Below, in pieces: positions 19,014 to 27,978 of a stretch of 64,000 nucleotides of DNA (position 1 is the stretch's first letter; every line of letters starts with the position of its first letter). Under the pieces are notes generated by a model. The model was not told where the DNA came from. It saw nothing but the letters and a program-made list of their open reading frames with translations, and did not search any database. Location: NCBI GenBank assembly GCA_021323315.1, contig JAJTCQ010000002.1:15691-79690 (forward strand). The letters run 5' to 3'. The translations under genes were made by a program, and so were the position numbers. This DNA comes from Gaiellaceae bacterium (GTDB lineage: Bacteria > Actinomycetota > Thermoleophilia > Gaiellales > Gaiellaceae).

Positions 19014-20072
19014 CTAGTCGATCACCGTGACGGTGACGCGCTGCACCGCGTTGTTCACGTAGCCGCCGAGGTTCCAGGCAGGCTCGAGTGGCTGCTCGTT
19101 GCCGGCAGCATCGCGCGCTCGACAGCAGAGCTGATGCTCTCCGGGCTCCGCCGCCCAGGTGAACCGCCACGAGCGCCACGCCCAGCGGCCGAGACCCGGG
19201 TCGCCGAGTTCGGCCGCCGCCCACGTCGCTCCGCCGTCCGCCGAGACGTCGACCGCGACGATCTCGGCCGCACCCGACCAGGCTCGGCCCTCGACGACGC
19301 ACTGCCCCGCCTCGACCACGCGCGCGCGACTGGTGAACTCCGGAATGCCGGGCGGGATCATGAGCGAGCGCGGCGCGATCGTGGTGACCGGCTCCCCAGG
19401 CTCGTCCTCCTCGTAGCGGACGCGATACGAGTGGCGCATCTGGTACCCGGCGAACGGCTCGGCGACGAGCATGATGCGCGCGAGCCACTTCACGCTCGTC
19501 ATCCCGTACCAACCGGGAACCACGAGCCGGAGCGGGAACCCGTGCTGGGGCGGCAGAGGCACGCCGTTGACCTCGTAGGCGAGGACCGCATCGCTTCCGA
19601 GCAGCACCTTCACGGGAAGGCTCCGCTCGTAGAACTGCTCCTCGCCGCCTTCGACACCGCGGTCGAGGCCGGAGAACACCGCCTCGGACGCGCCGTTCGA
19701 GACGCCCGCCTCCGCGAGCAGCTCCGCGACGCGCACTCCGCGCCAACGAGCAGTACCGACCGCCTCGAGGAGCCACGGTTGGCTCACCACGTGCGGCTCG
19801 ACGTGCACGCGGCCGTTGCCCGCGCACTCCATCGTCACGGCGAGCTCCACGGACGCGCGCGTGCGGAGGTCGTCGAGCGACAGCGAGAGCGAGCGCTCGA
19901 CGAGCCCTCCGACCTCCAGCCGCCACGCGATCGGATCGACCTCGGGGATGTCGTAGTGGATGAGGAGGTAGTGCAGCCCGATCGGCGTGACGTTCCAGCG
20001 CAGCGCCTCCAGCGGCAGCGCATGGTTGCGCGCCGCCAGTTGGAGCTCCTCGACGCTGATCAGCTCGCTCAC
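19014..20072 (-). CDS. sulfite-oxidase-family molybdopterin oxidoreductase
   Basis: 352 aa. Molybdenum-ligand motif MECAGNGR, followed by a C-terminal dimerisation-like domain. Confidence 0.85.
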   Translation of the reverse strand: MSELISVEELQLAARNHALPLEALRWNVTPIGLHYLLIHYDIPEVDPIAWRLEVGGLVERSLSLSLDDLRTRASVELAVTMECAGNGRVHVEPHVVSQPWLLEAVGTARWRGVRVAELLAEAGVSNGASEAVFSGLDRGVEGGEEQFYERSLPVKVLLGSDAVLAYEVNGVPLPPQHGFPLRLVVPGWYGMTSVKWLARIMLVAEPFAGYQMRHSYRVRYEEDEPGEPVTTIAPRSLMIPPGIPEFTSRARVVEAGQCVVEGRAWSGAAEIVAVDVSADGGATWAAAELGDPGLGRWAWRSWRFTWAAEPGEHQLCCRARDAAGNEQPLEPAWNLGGYVNNAVQRVTVTVID

Positions 20073-20074
20073 GC

Positions 20075-21292
20075 TTGCGCACGCTAACGGGTCCAGGGAG
20101 GTCGTTCTGGTTGGATCGGAGCGTGCAACCCGAACGCGTCCTGACGAAGCCCTTCGTGCTGACCGTGCTCGCGGAGTTCGCGACGTGCATGTCGATCGGG
20201 ATGCTCCTCGTGATCCTGCCGGTGTACGCGAACGACGAGCTCGGCGTCGGGAGCTTCGGCGTCGCGCTCGTCATCGGAGCCGTGAGCCCGATGATCCTCG
20301 TGTCGCAGCCGATCGCCGGACGCATCGGGGATCGGAAGGGGCGGCGCATCCTGATCGTCGCGGGAGCACTCATCGCGGCGGCGAGCGTCGCGGCGTACGC
20401 GCTCGCGAGCTCGCTCGCGCTCCTGATCGCGTTCCGGCTCTTCACCGGGCTCGGGGAGGCGATGGTCCTCGTCGGCGCGGCGACGTTGGTCACGGACATC
20501 GCGCCGGAGCACCGCCGCGGCGAGGCACTGAGCCTCTACAGCCTCGGCCTCTGGGGCGGACTCGCGCTCGGCCCGCTCCTCGGCGAGCTCGTGCTCGGCA
20601 CCGACCGCTTCGTCTGGGTCTGGCTCCTCGCGGCGGGCTTCTGCCTTGCCTCCGCCGCGATCGGGACGCTGCTCCCCGAGACGTCGCCTGAACGGACGCA
20701 CGACGAGGAAGCTGCCCGCACGCGAATCATCCACCCGGCGGCAGTCGGACCAGGGCTCGTGCTCGCGCTCACCGTGTTCGGGTTCGCCGGGCTCGGGACG
20801 TTCGCCGCGCTCTACGCCCGCGAGCTCGGGCTGGACGGAGCGGGCACCGTCTTTCTCGTGTTCTCGATCGTCGTGGTCGCGACTCGGATCGTCGCCCGCC
20901 AGGCGCCGGACCGGCTCGGGCCGAAGCGCGCCTCGGGCACGGCGTTGCTCCTGATCTCGGCCGGCTTGCTGACCATCGGCTTCTGGAACACGCCGGCCGG
21001 TCTGTACGCGGGAACGGTCGTGCTCGCGTTCGGGCAGGCGCTCGCGTTCCCGGCGCTGATGACGCTGGCCGTGAACAGCGCGCCCGCGACCGAGCGTAGC
21101 TCTGTCGTCGGCACGTTCACGGCGTTCACGGAGCTCGGATTCGCGATCGGCGCGCTCACGCTCGGGGCGATCGCGTCGGCCGTCGGCTACGACGGAGTGT
21201 TCGTCGTATGCGCGGTCGGCCCGCTGCTCGGAGCTCTGCTTCTGGTGCGGATCGTCGTGCCTCGCGCCATCGTCGCCATCGATGCCGCCTGA
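20075..21292 (+). CDS. MFS transporter (12-TMS)
   Basis: 405 aa. Motif GRIGDRKGRR. Alternative GTG start at 20123. Confidence 0.85.
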   Translation: MRTLTGPGRSFWLDRSVQPERVLTKPFVLTVLAEFATCMSIGMLLVILPVYANDELGVGSFGVALVIGAVSPMILVSQPIAGRIGDRKGRRILIVAGALIAAASVAAYALASSLALLIAFRLFTGLGEAMVLVGAATLVTDIAPEHRRGEALSLYSLGLWGGLALGPLLGELVLGTDRFVWVWLLAAGFCLASAAIGTLLPETSPERTHDEEAARTRIIHPAAVGPGLVLALTVFGFAGLGTFAALYARELGLDGAGTVFLVFSIVVVATRIVARQAPDRLGPKRASGTALLLISAGLLTIGFWNTPAGLYAGTVVLAFGQALAFPALMTLAVNSAPATERSSVVGTFTAFTELGFAIGALTLGAIASAVGYDGVFVVCAVGPLLGALLLVRIVVPRAIVAIDAA

Positions 21293-21305
21293 AGCGCGTT
21301 TTCGC

Positions 21306-22661
21306 TCAGACGCGCACGGTACGCGTGGCGGCGATGAAGTCCCGGTACCACGCGTAGCTCGCCTTCGGTACGCGCTCCAGGGTGTCGAAGTCGACGTAGA
21401 CGATGCCGAACCGCTTCGTGAAGCCGAGCGCCCACTCGAAGTTGTCGAGCAGGGACCACAGGAAGTACCCGCGGACCGGCACACCCTGCGCGATCGCCTC
21501 GCCGAGCGCAGCCAGGTGGCGCTCGAGGTACGAGATTCGCTGCGGGTCGGAGACGCTCCCATTGCGGCGATCGTCGATGAACGCGGCACCGTTCTCCGTG
21601 ATGTACAGGTCCGGGAGCTCGTACTCACGGTGCAGCCGCGCGAGGAGATCCGTCAGCCCGTCCGGATACACCTCCCACCCCATGTCCGTGTGCTCGGCGC
21701 CTCGGGTCTCGACGGTTGCCGGCGCCGCGGCGTCTGCTCCCGCACGCACGACGTTACGGGTGTAGTAGTTGACTCCGAGGAAGTCGAGCGGCGCGGCGAT
21801 CGTCTGGAGGTCGCCGTCTTCGATCCGCGGAAGGATGCTCGCGTACTCCTCGAGCATGTCGCGCGGGTACCCGCGGCCGAGCACCGGCTCGAGGAACCAC
21901 CGGTTGCGAGAGCCGTCCGCGCGGCGCGCTGCGTCGACGTCGGCGTCGGAGTACGTGAGTGGGTACATCGGCACGAGGTCGATCGTCACTCCGACGCGTG
22001 CGCCCGACGTCTCCCGACGCAGCACCTCGGCTGCGCGACCATGTGCGAGCAGCACGTGGTGCGCGGCGGCAAGCGCGTCCACCTCGCTCGCGCGACCCGG
22101 CGCGTGGACTCCCAACCCGTAACCGAGCCACGAGATGACCCACGGCTCGTTCTGGGTGATCCAGTGCCGCACCCGGTCGCCGAGTCGCGCGGCGACGACT
22201 TCCGTGTACTCGGAGAACGCCTCGACCGTGTCGCGGGACGGCCACCCCCCGCGGTCCTCGAGCGCCTGCGGAAGATCCCAGTGGTACAGGGTGACGAAAG
22301 GCTCGATCCCGCTCGCGAGGAGCTCGTCGACCATCCTGTCGTAGAAGTCGAGGCCGGCCGGGTTCACGCGGCCACGCCCGTCCGGCACGACCCGCGGCCA
22401 GGAGATCGAGAACCGATACGCGCCGATCCCGAGATCGCGCATCAGTCGGACGTCGTCACCGAAGCGGTGGTACGAGTCGCACGCGACGACGCCCGTGTCG
22501 CCGTTGGCGACGGCGCCCGGGAGCGCGGCGAACCGATCCCAAATGCTCTCGCCACGCCCGTCCTCGGTGACCGCCCCCTCGACCTGGTAGGCGGAGCCAG
22601 CCACTCCCCAGACGAATCCCGGAGGGAGCGGCCGATCGTCGGACTGCGAGAACCCCTGCAT
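21306..22661 (-). CDS. bglB: GH1 beta-glucosidase
   Basis: Acid/base motif TQNEPWV and nucleophile motif YITENGAAF. ATG at 22661 (GTG at 22664 is also possible). Confidence 0.9.
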   Translation of the reverse strand: MQGFSQSDDRPLPPGFVWGVAGSAYQVEGAVTEDGRGESIWDRFAALPGAVANGDTGVVACDSYHRFGDDVRLMRDLGIGAYRFSISWPRVVPDGRGRVNPAGLDFYDRMVDELLASGIEPFVTLYHWDLPQALEDRGGWPSRDTVEAFSEYTEVVAARLGDRVRHWITQNEPWVISWLGYGLGVHAPGRASEVDALAAAHHVLLAHGRAAEVLRRETSGARVGVTIDLVPMYPLTYSDADVDAARRADGSRNRWFLEPVLGRGYPRDMLEEYASILPRIEDGDLQTIAAPLDFLGVNYYTRNVVRAGADAAAPATVETRGAEHTDMGWEVYPDGLTDLLARLHREYELPDLYITENGAAFIDDRRNGSVSDPQRISYLERHLAALGEAIAQGVPVRGYFLWSLLDNFEWALGFTKRFGIVYVDFDTLERVPKASYAWYRDFIAATRTVRV

Positions 22662-22679
22662 CACTTAACCGGTAAAGAG
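22662..22679. promoter_or_regulatory. candidate LacI-family operator (site 1)
   Basis: CACTTAACC|GGTAAAGAG, a CG-centred imperfect palindrome abutting the bglB start codon in the 38-nt bglB/lacI divergent region. It shares CACTTAACCGG-TAAG with site 2. Confidence 0.4.
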
Positions 22680-22702
22680 CATACTACGACGGATAGCGTT
22701 CC

Positions 22703-23758
22703 GTGCGAAGGAGGGCTGTGGCAGAGCGACGAGGCGGCAGGGTCACGATCAAGGACATCGCCGAGCGCGCCGGCGTGTCCAAGGGCGCCGTCTCGTACGC
22801 ACTCAACGGACGGCCGGGGGTGTCCGACGACACGCGGGACCGCATCGTCGCGATCGCGAACGAGCTCGGTTGGTACCCGAACCGGGCCGCGCGCGCGCTC
22901 TCGGCGGCGCGGGTCGACGCGTGTGGCCTCGTGCTGGCACGACCGGCGCGCACGCTCGCATTGGAGCCCTTCTTCATGGAGTTCATCTCGGGCGTCGAGT
23001 CCGAGTTCGCGTCGCATTCGATCGCGCTGACGCTCCAGCTCGTGCGCGACCCGCATGAGGAGATCGCCGTGTACCGGCGGTGGTTCGGCGAGCACCGCGT
23101 GGACGGCGTCCTGGTCGTCGACCTGCGACTGGACGACCCCCGCGTCGATGAGCTCGTTCGCCTGGGCCTCCCTGCCGTCGTCGTCGGGGGGCCGGTGGAA
23201 GGCGGCGTTTTACCTGCAATTTGGCATGATGAGGGCTCTGTCGTGAACGAGGCCATCAGGTATCTGGCCGCGCTCGGGCATACCCGTGTGGCTCACGTCA
23301 CCGGCGTCGACACTTTCGTGCATACCCGTCAGCGCGTGGAGGCGTTCCGACGTGCCGTACGGGAGCTCGGGCTCGAGGGCGACACCGTGGAGACGGACTA
23401 CAGTGCCCAGAGCGGGGCCCGGGCGACGCGCAAGCTGCTCTCTTCTCCTTCCCCGCCGACGGCGATTCTCTTCGACAGCGACCTCCTTGCGGTTACCGGG
23501 CTGGGCATCGCACAGCAGATGGGTTTCTCCGTCCCGGACGACGTCTCGATCGTCGGCTGGGACGATTCGCTCATCAGCCAGGTCGTCCACCCGCCCCTCA
23601 CGGCGATCACACGCGACATCACCGCGTTCGGTGTCGCGGCCGCCCGCCACCTCCTCGACGTGGTCGAGGGCCGAGCCGCGGGCGATGTCGAGATGACGCG
23701 CGGAGAGCTCACGACCCGCGGCAGCACCGCGCCGCGTGTTCCGTCAATCGCGCGATAG
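22703..23758 (+). CDS. LacI-family transcriptional regulator
   Basis: N-terminal HTH VTIKDIAERAGVSKGAVSYALNG, then a periplasmic-binding-protein-like sugar-binding core. Start is GTG 22703 or GTG 22718. Confidence 0.9.
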   Translation: MRRRAVAERRGGRVTIKDIAERAGVSKGAVSYALNGRPGVSDDTRDRIVAIANELGWYPNRAARALSAARVDACGLVLARPARTLALEPFFMEFISGVESEFASHSIALTLQLVRDPHEEIAVYRRWFGEHRVDGVLVVDLRLDDPRVDELVRLGLPAVVVGGPVEGGVLPAIWHDEGSVVNEAIRYLAALGHTRVAHVTGVDTFVHTRQRVEAFRRAVRELGLEGDTVETDYSAQSGARATRKLLSSPSPPTAILFDSDLLAVTGLGIAQQMGFSVPDDVSIVGWDDSLISQVVHPPLTAITRDITAFGVAAARHLLDVVEGRAAGDVEMTRGELTTRGSTAPRVPSIAR

Positions 23759-23794
23759 ACACACTTCGCGTGTTGTGCACTCCCGCTAGCTTGA

Positions 23795-23812
23795 CACTTA
23801 ACCGGATAAGTG
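23795..23812. promoter_or_regulatory. candidate LacI-family operator (site 2) overlapping a TTGACA -35-like hexamer
   Basis: CACTTAACC|GGATAAGTG is palindromic at 16 of 18 positions. TTGACA lies at 23791..23796. Located upstream of the ABC/GH130 operon. Confidence 0.45.
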
Positions 23813-24190
23813 ATGGACTTCTCGCATCGCCGTGTCACGCCGCAACAAGTCGGAGTCGGACCATGACGTCCGGCAGGGTTCGCGCGAGCCTCTGGTTCGG
23901 CGGCGCTGCCCTCCTACGCCGCTGACGCCTTTTCACCGGACGGCCACGGAGCCGAAAAGGCAACCGTGCGTCGTCTGGCTCGCGCGGAGACACGGACGCC
24001 ACTCGTCGGCGAGCATCCGGAGTTTTCCACTGCCGTGTCAGCGTCGCCACGGATGGAGGGACGTGATGCAGGAAGCAACCATTGAGAAAACGGCTACAGG
24101 AGCAGACACGCTTTCCCGATCAGCCGCGCTGGAAGTGTCCAGTGATGCTGTGTGGCAGAGCGCGGCAGCCCCGAGAGGAGGGTGACAGCA

Positions 24191-25930
24191 ATGTCAACAC
24201 GCAGGAGAGGTAAGGCGATCGGCGCCGGCGCACTCGCTCTCGTCGCCGCCGTCATCGCCACCTCACTCGGAGTAGCGGGGGCGGGAGCCGGCGAGCAGTC
24301 GGCGTTCGCGCTTCCCCGCGCACAGACGTTCTACATGAGCGGGAGCCAGTGGTCACCGTACGGTGACGTCAATCCCGCCAAGACGTGGGATTACTCCACC
24401 GGCACCATCGGGTTGGCGTACGAAACCGCATTTCGGTTCAACCCCCTGACCGGTGCCTTCATCCCATGGCTCGCAACGGGTGGCAACTGGCGGACGAATA
24501 GCGTCTACGTCATGAACATCCGCCGTGGCGTGAAGTTCAGCGACGGCAAGACGCTGACGCCGGGGGACGTGAAGTACAGCTTCGACCTCTTGAAGGCCCC
24601 GACCCATCCGCAGAACGCGCTCTGGGCCTCGACGGGGCTGAAGACCGTCAAGGTCGTCGGGAATACTGTCGTGTTCACCTTCGCGGGCAAGCCCGGCTAT
24701 CAGCAGTTCGACTTCTACCGCTACAACGTCGCGATCGTCCCGCGCCACGTCTTCAGCAAGTACTCGACGACGGAGCTGATGACGGGCAACCTCGACGCTG
24801 ACAACATCGTCGGAACCGGCCCGTACGCGTACGTGTCAGGGGCGAGCTCGACGGCGCAGACGTTCGTCTGGCAGCGACGAGCCGGATGGTGGGCGACGAA
24901 GGCGTTGGGTCTCAGGCCGGCGCCGCGGTACGTCGTCGACATTCACAACTCGTCGAATCAGGCGGCACTCGCCAACTTCCAGGCGGGGAACATCGACCTC
25001 TTCAACAACTTCGCACCGAGATCGGCGATCAAGGGCAAGTTCAAGACCTTCTTCAACAAAGCCCCGTATCACCTGGGTGCGAACACGACGTGGCTCTTCC
25101 CGAACACGACGAAGAAGCCGCTCAACGATCCACAGTTCCGCCGCGCTCTCGCGTACTCGATCAACATGAACCAGATCCTCGACAAGGCCTACCAGGGTCT
25201 CGTGGACAAGGCGAGCCCGACCGGCCTGCTGCCGATCTGGAGCAAGTGGGTCGACAAGAAGGTCGTCGCCAAGTACGGCTTCTCGTACAACCTGAACCGG
25301 GCCAAGGCGATCCTCGCCGCGGCCGGGTACAAGGACACGGACGACGACGGATACGTCGAGAACAAGGACGGATCGGATATCTCGCTCAAGATCCAGTGCC
25401 CGAACGGATGGTCGGACTGGATGACCTCGATCCAGGTCATCGCGGAAAGCGCGAAGGCGGCCGGGATCAAGATCACGCCGGGATACCCGGACTACGGAAC
25501 GCTGGTCGATGATCGTGGTCACGCGCGGTACGACCTGGTCCTCGCCAACGACAGGCAGTACTCGAATACGCCTTGGACGTACTACCAGTACATCTTCCAG
25601 CTGCCGATTCTGGATAACCAGACGACCGTGAACTACGAGCGGTTCTCGAGCCCGAAGGCCTGGGCTCTCACGCAGCAGCTGGACAGGACACCCACGACCA
25701 ACACGAAGGCCTACCGGGCAGTCATGTCGAAGCTGCAGACGACGTTCCTGCAGAATCTGCCTGCCATCCCGCTCTGGTACAACGGGATGTGGGCCATGTT
25801 CAACACGACGTACTGGACGAACTGGCCGTCGGCCACGGGTGGGAAGTACACACCCACGGCCTGGAACAACTACTGGCAGATGACGAGCATCGACATGCTC
25901 ACGCATCTGAAGCCGGCCAAGGGCAACTAG
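24191..25930 (+). CDS. ABC transporter substrate-binding protein, family 5 (Opp/Dpp-type, oligosaccharide-binding candidate)
   Basis: ATG 24191 preceded by GGAGG. Signal peptide, about 580 aa, family-5 SBP-like sequence. Confidence 0.9.
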   Translation: MSTRRRGKAIGAGALALVAAVIATSLGVAGAGAGEQSAFALPRAQTFYMSGSQWSPYGDVNPAKTWDYSTGTIGLAYETAFRFNPLTGAFIPWLATGGNWRTNSVYVMNIRRGVKFSDGKTLTPGDVKYSFDLLKAPTHPQNALWASTGLKTVKVVGNTVVFTFAGKPGYQQFDFYRYNVAIVPRHVFSKYSTTELMTGNLDADNIVGTGPYAYVSGASSTAQTFVWQRRAGWWATKALGLRPAPRYVVDIHNSSNQAALANFQAGNIDLFNNFAPRSAIKGKFKTFFNKAPYHLGANTTWLFPNTTKKPLNDPQFRRALAYSINMNQILDKAYQGLVDKASPTGLLPIWSKWVDKKVVAKYGFSYNLNRAKAILAAAGYKDTDDDGYVENKDGSDISLKIQCPNGWSDWMTSIQVIAESAKAAGIKITPGYPDYGTLVDDRGHARYDLVLANDRQYSNTPWTYYQYIFQLPILDNQTTVNYERFSSPKAWALTQQLDRTPTTNTKAYRAVMSKLQTTFLQNLPAIPLWYNGMWAMFNTTYWTNWPSATGGKYTPTAWNNYWQMTSIDMLTHLKPAKGN

Positions 25931-25955
25931 GCCGAGCGCAAGACCAATGATCGGT

Positions 25956-25992
25956 CAACACCCCTCCCGGCGACCATCCGGGAGGGGTGTTG
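25956..25992 (+). terminator. intercistronic stem-loop after the SBP gene
   Basis: Perfect 15-bp stem CAACACCCCTCCCGG-cgaccat-CCGGGAGGGGTGTTG, 26 nt after the SBP stop and 34 nt before the first permease gene. Confidence 0.5.
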
Positions 25993-26025
25993 TCACTCTG
26001 AGGGACGATCCGATCGGGACCTCCG

Positions 26026-27015
26026 GTGTGGCGATACCTCTTCCGTAAGGTCTCCATCTACGTCGTCACCTTCGTCGTCGCGGTGTCGATCGACTGGGCC
26101 ATCCCTCGCTTCATGCCCGGAGACCCGATCCAGGGGCTGCTCTCGCGCATGCAGGCACAACCGCAGGCATCCGAGGAGCTGACGAGCTTCTACACCGAGG
26201 CGTTCGGCTTCGACGTCCCGCTCTGGAAGCAGTACCTCAACTTCTGGGCTGCTCTCTTCCAGGGCGATCTTGGGCTCAGCATCACGAACTACCCGATCCC
26301 TGTCACCGAGCTGATCATGGGCGCTCTGCCCTACACGCTCGCGCTGCTCGTCCCGGCGATCCTGCTCAGCTTCTGGGCCGGGAACAAGGTCGGCGCGCTC
26401 GCAGCCCGCCGTAAGACGCTCGACAACACCGTGCTGCCGATGAGCTACGTGCTGACCGCAACCCCGCAGATGTGGCTCGGAATCATCCTCGCCTGGGTGT
26501 TCGCCTCGAGCCTCGCCCTCTTCCCGGTCTCGGGCGCGTACGGGTTTGCGCTGCAGCCGGAGTGGTCGGTCGAGTTCGCGCGCAGCTTCCTGCACCACTG
26601 GATCCTGCCCTTCTCCGCACTCTTCCTCGTCGCTTTCGGCGGCTGGGCCATCGGGATGCGGAACCTGATCATCTACGAGCTCGAGGCCGATTACTCCAAC
26701 TACCTCGCAAGCCTCGGAGCTCCCACGAGGCTCGTGCGCAAGTACGCCTACCGCAACGCGCTCCTCCCACAGATCACCGGGCTGGCGCTGGCGCTCGGCG
26801 CAGTCGTCGCGGGCGCCATCGTCGTCGAGATCGTGTTCTCCTACCCGGGTCTCGGGACGCTGACCCTGAATGCGATCGAGAATCGCGACTACTTCCTCAT
26901 CCAGGGGATCTTCCTCTTCCTCATCACCGGTGTCCTGATCGCGAACCTCGTCATCGACATTGCATACGTCTTCATCGACCCGCGAACGCGGGTCGGGATG
27001 CAAGGCGGCGCGTGA
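26026..27015 (+). CDS. ABC transporter permease (OppB/DppB-type)
   Basis: 329 aa, 6 TM helices, EAA-like loop. Confidence 0.9.
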   Translation: MWRYLFRKVSIYVVTFVVAVSIDWAIPRFMPGDPIQGLLSRMQAQPQASEELTSFYTEAFGFDVPLWKQYLNFWAALFQGDLGLSITNYPIPVTELIMGALPYTLALLVPAILLSFWAGNKVGALAARRKTLDNTVLPMSYVLTATPQMWLGIILAWVFASSLALFPVSGAYGFALQPEWSVEFARSFLHHWILPFSALFLVAFGGWAIGMRNLIIYELEADYSNYLASLGAPTRLVRKYAYRNALLPQITGLALALGAVVAGAIVVEIVFSYPGLGTLTLNAIENRDYFLIQGIFLFLITGVLIANLVIDIAYVFIDPRTRVGMQGGA

Positions 27016-27977
27016 TGGCGGTCTCGGACCGCGATGCGGCAGTCGTGCCGACCGGAGCGCCGGCTCCGTCCCTCGAAACCACGGCGACCACGGCGCCCGG
27101 AGGAGGCAGGCCGCTGGCCGCGGCCCCGCTGCGGGGCCGATCGGAGTTCCGCTACTTCGCACTCCGGAACTGGAAGTTCGTCGTGGGCCTCGGGGTCGTG
27201 CTCGCGTTCTTCGTGCTCGCACTCGTCGGGCCCTTACTCACCGACAACACGCCGTTCGAATTCAGCGGGCCGACCGACCAGGCACCGTCTTCGGAGTACT
27301 GGTTCGGGACGACGTCGTTCGGACAGGACGTGTTCGCCCAGTTCGTGTACGGGCTGCGAGCAGCCTTCCTCGTCGGAGTCTTGGGCGGAGGGATCGCCTG
27401 GCTGCTCGGCGCCGCGGTCGGCTTCACGGCCGGCTATCGAGGAGGCTGGGTCGACGACGTCCTGAACATGCTCACGAACGTCGTCCTGGTCATCCCGACG
27501 CTGGCGATCCTCATCATCGTCGCCGCCTACATCAACGTCCACAGCTACGCGACCGAGGCGATCCTGATCGGGCTGACGTCGTGGCCGTGGGCGGCCCGCG
27601 CAGTCCGAGCCCAGACGTTCTCGCTGAAGACGCGAGAGTTCGTGGACGTCGCCCGGTTGAGCGGGCGAGGGACTCGGCAGATCATCACGACGGAGATCGC
27701 GCCGAACATGAGCTCGTACCTGCTCATGATGTTCATCCTCCTGTTCGGCGGCGCGATCCTCATCGGCGCCTCCCTCGACTTCCTCGGCCTGGGGCCGTCC
27801 GCATCGATGTCACTCGGGCTGATGATGAACAACGCGTTCCTCTCGAGCGCGCTGCTCCTCGGAACCTGGTGGTGGTTCGTGCCACCGGGACTCGGGATCA
27901 TCGCGATCGTCGGCGGCCTGTACGTGATGAACGTGGGGCTGGACGAGATCTTCAACCCCAAGCTCCGGGAGACGTGA
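27015..27977 (+). CDS. ABC transporter permease (OppC/DppC-type)
   Basis: ATG 27015 overlaps the previous stop (ATGA). Product starts MAVSDRD...YWFGTTSFGQDVF. Confidence 0.9.
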   Translation: MAVSDRDAAVVPTGAPAPSLETTATTAPGGGRPLAAAPLRGRSEFRYFALRNWKFVVGLGVVLAFFVLALVGPLLTDNTPFEFSGPTDQAPSSEYWFGTTSFGQDVFAQFVYGLRAAFLVGVLGGGIAWLLGAAVGFTAGYRGGWVDDVLNMLTNVVLVIPTLAILIIVAAYINVHSYATEAILIGLTSWPWAARAVRAQTFSLKTREFVDVARLSGRGTRQIITTEIAPNMSSYLLMMFILLFGGAILIGASLDFLGLGPSASMSLGLMMNNAFLSSALLLGTWWWFVPPGLGIIAIVGGLYVMNVGLDEIFNPKLRET

Positions 27978-27978
27978 G

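Noticed and set aside
23832-24185. 117-aa ORF in the long leader upstream of the SBP gene.
   Set aside because: Arg/Ser/Pro-rich composition, no RBS, no third-position GC bias like neighbouring genes, and it overlaps a predicted RNA structure. More likely non-coding leader.
24191-25930. Slightly lower GC of the SBP gene as a horizontal-transfer signal.
   Set aside because: The drop is explained by its Lys/Asn/Tyr-rich secreted-protein composition. Third positions remain G/C-biased and flanking operon genes are typical.
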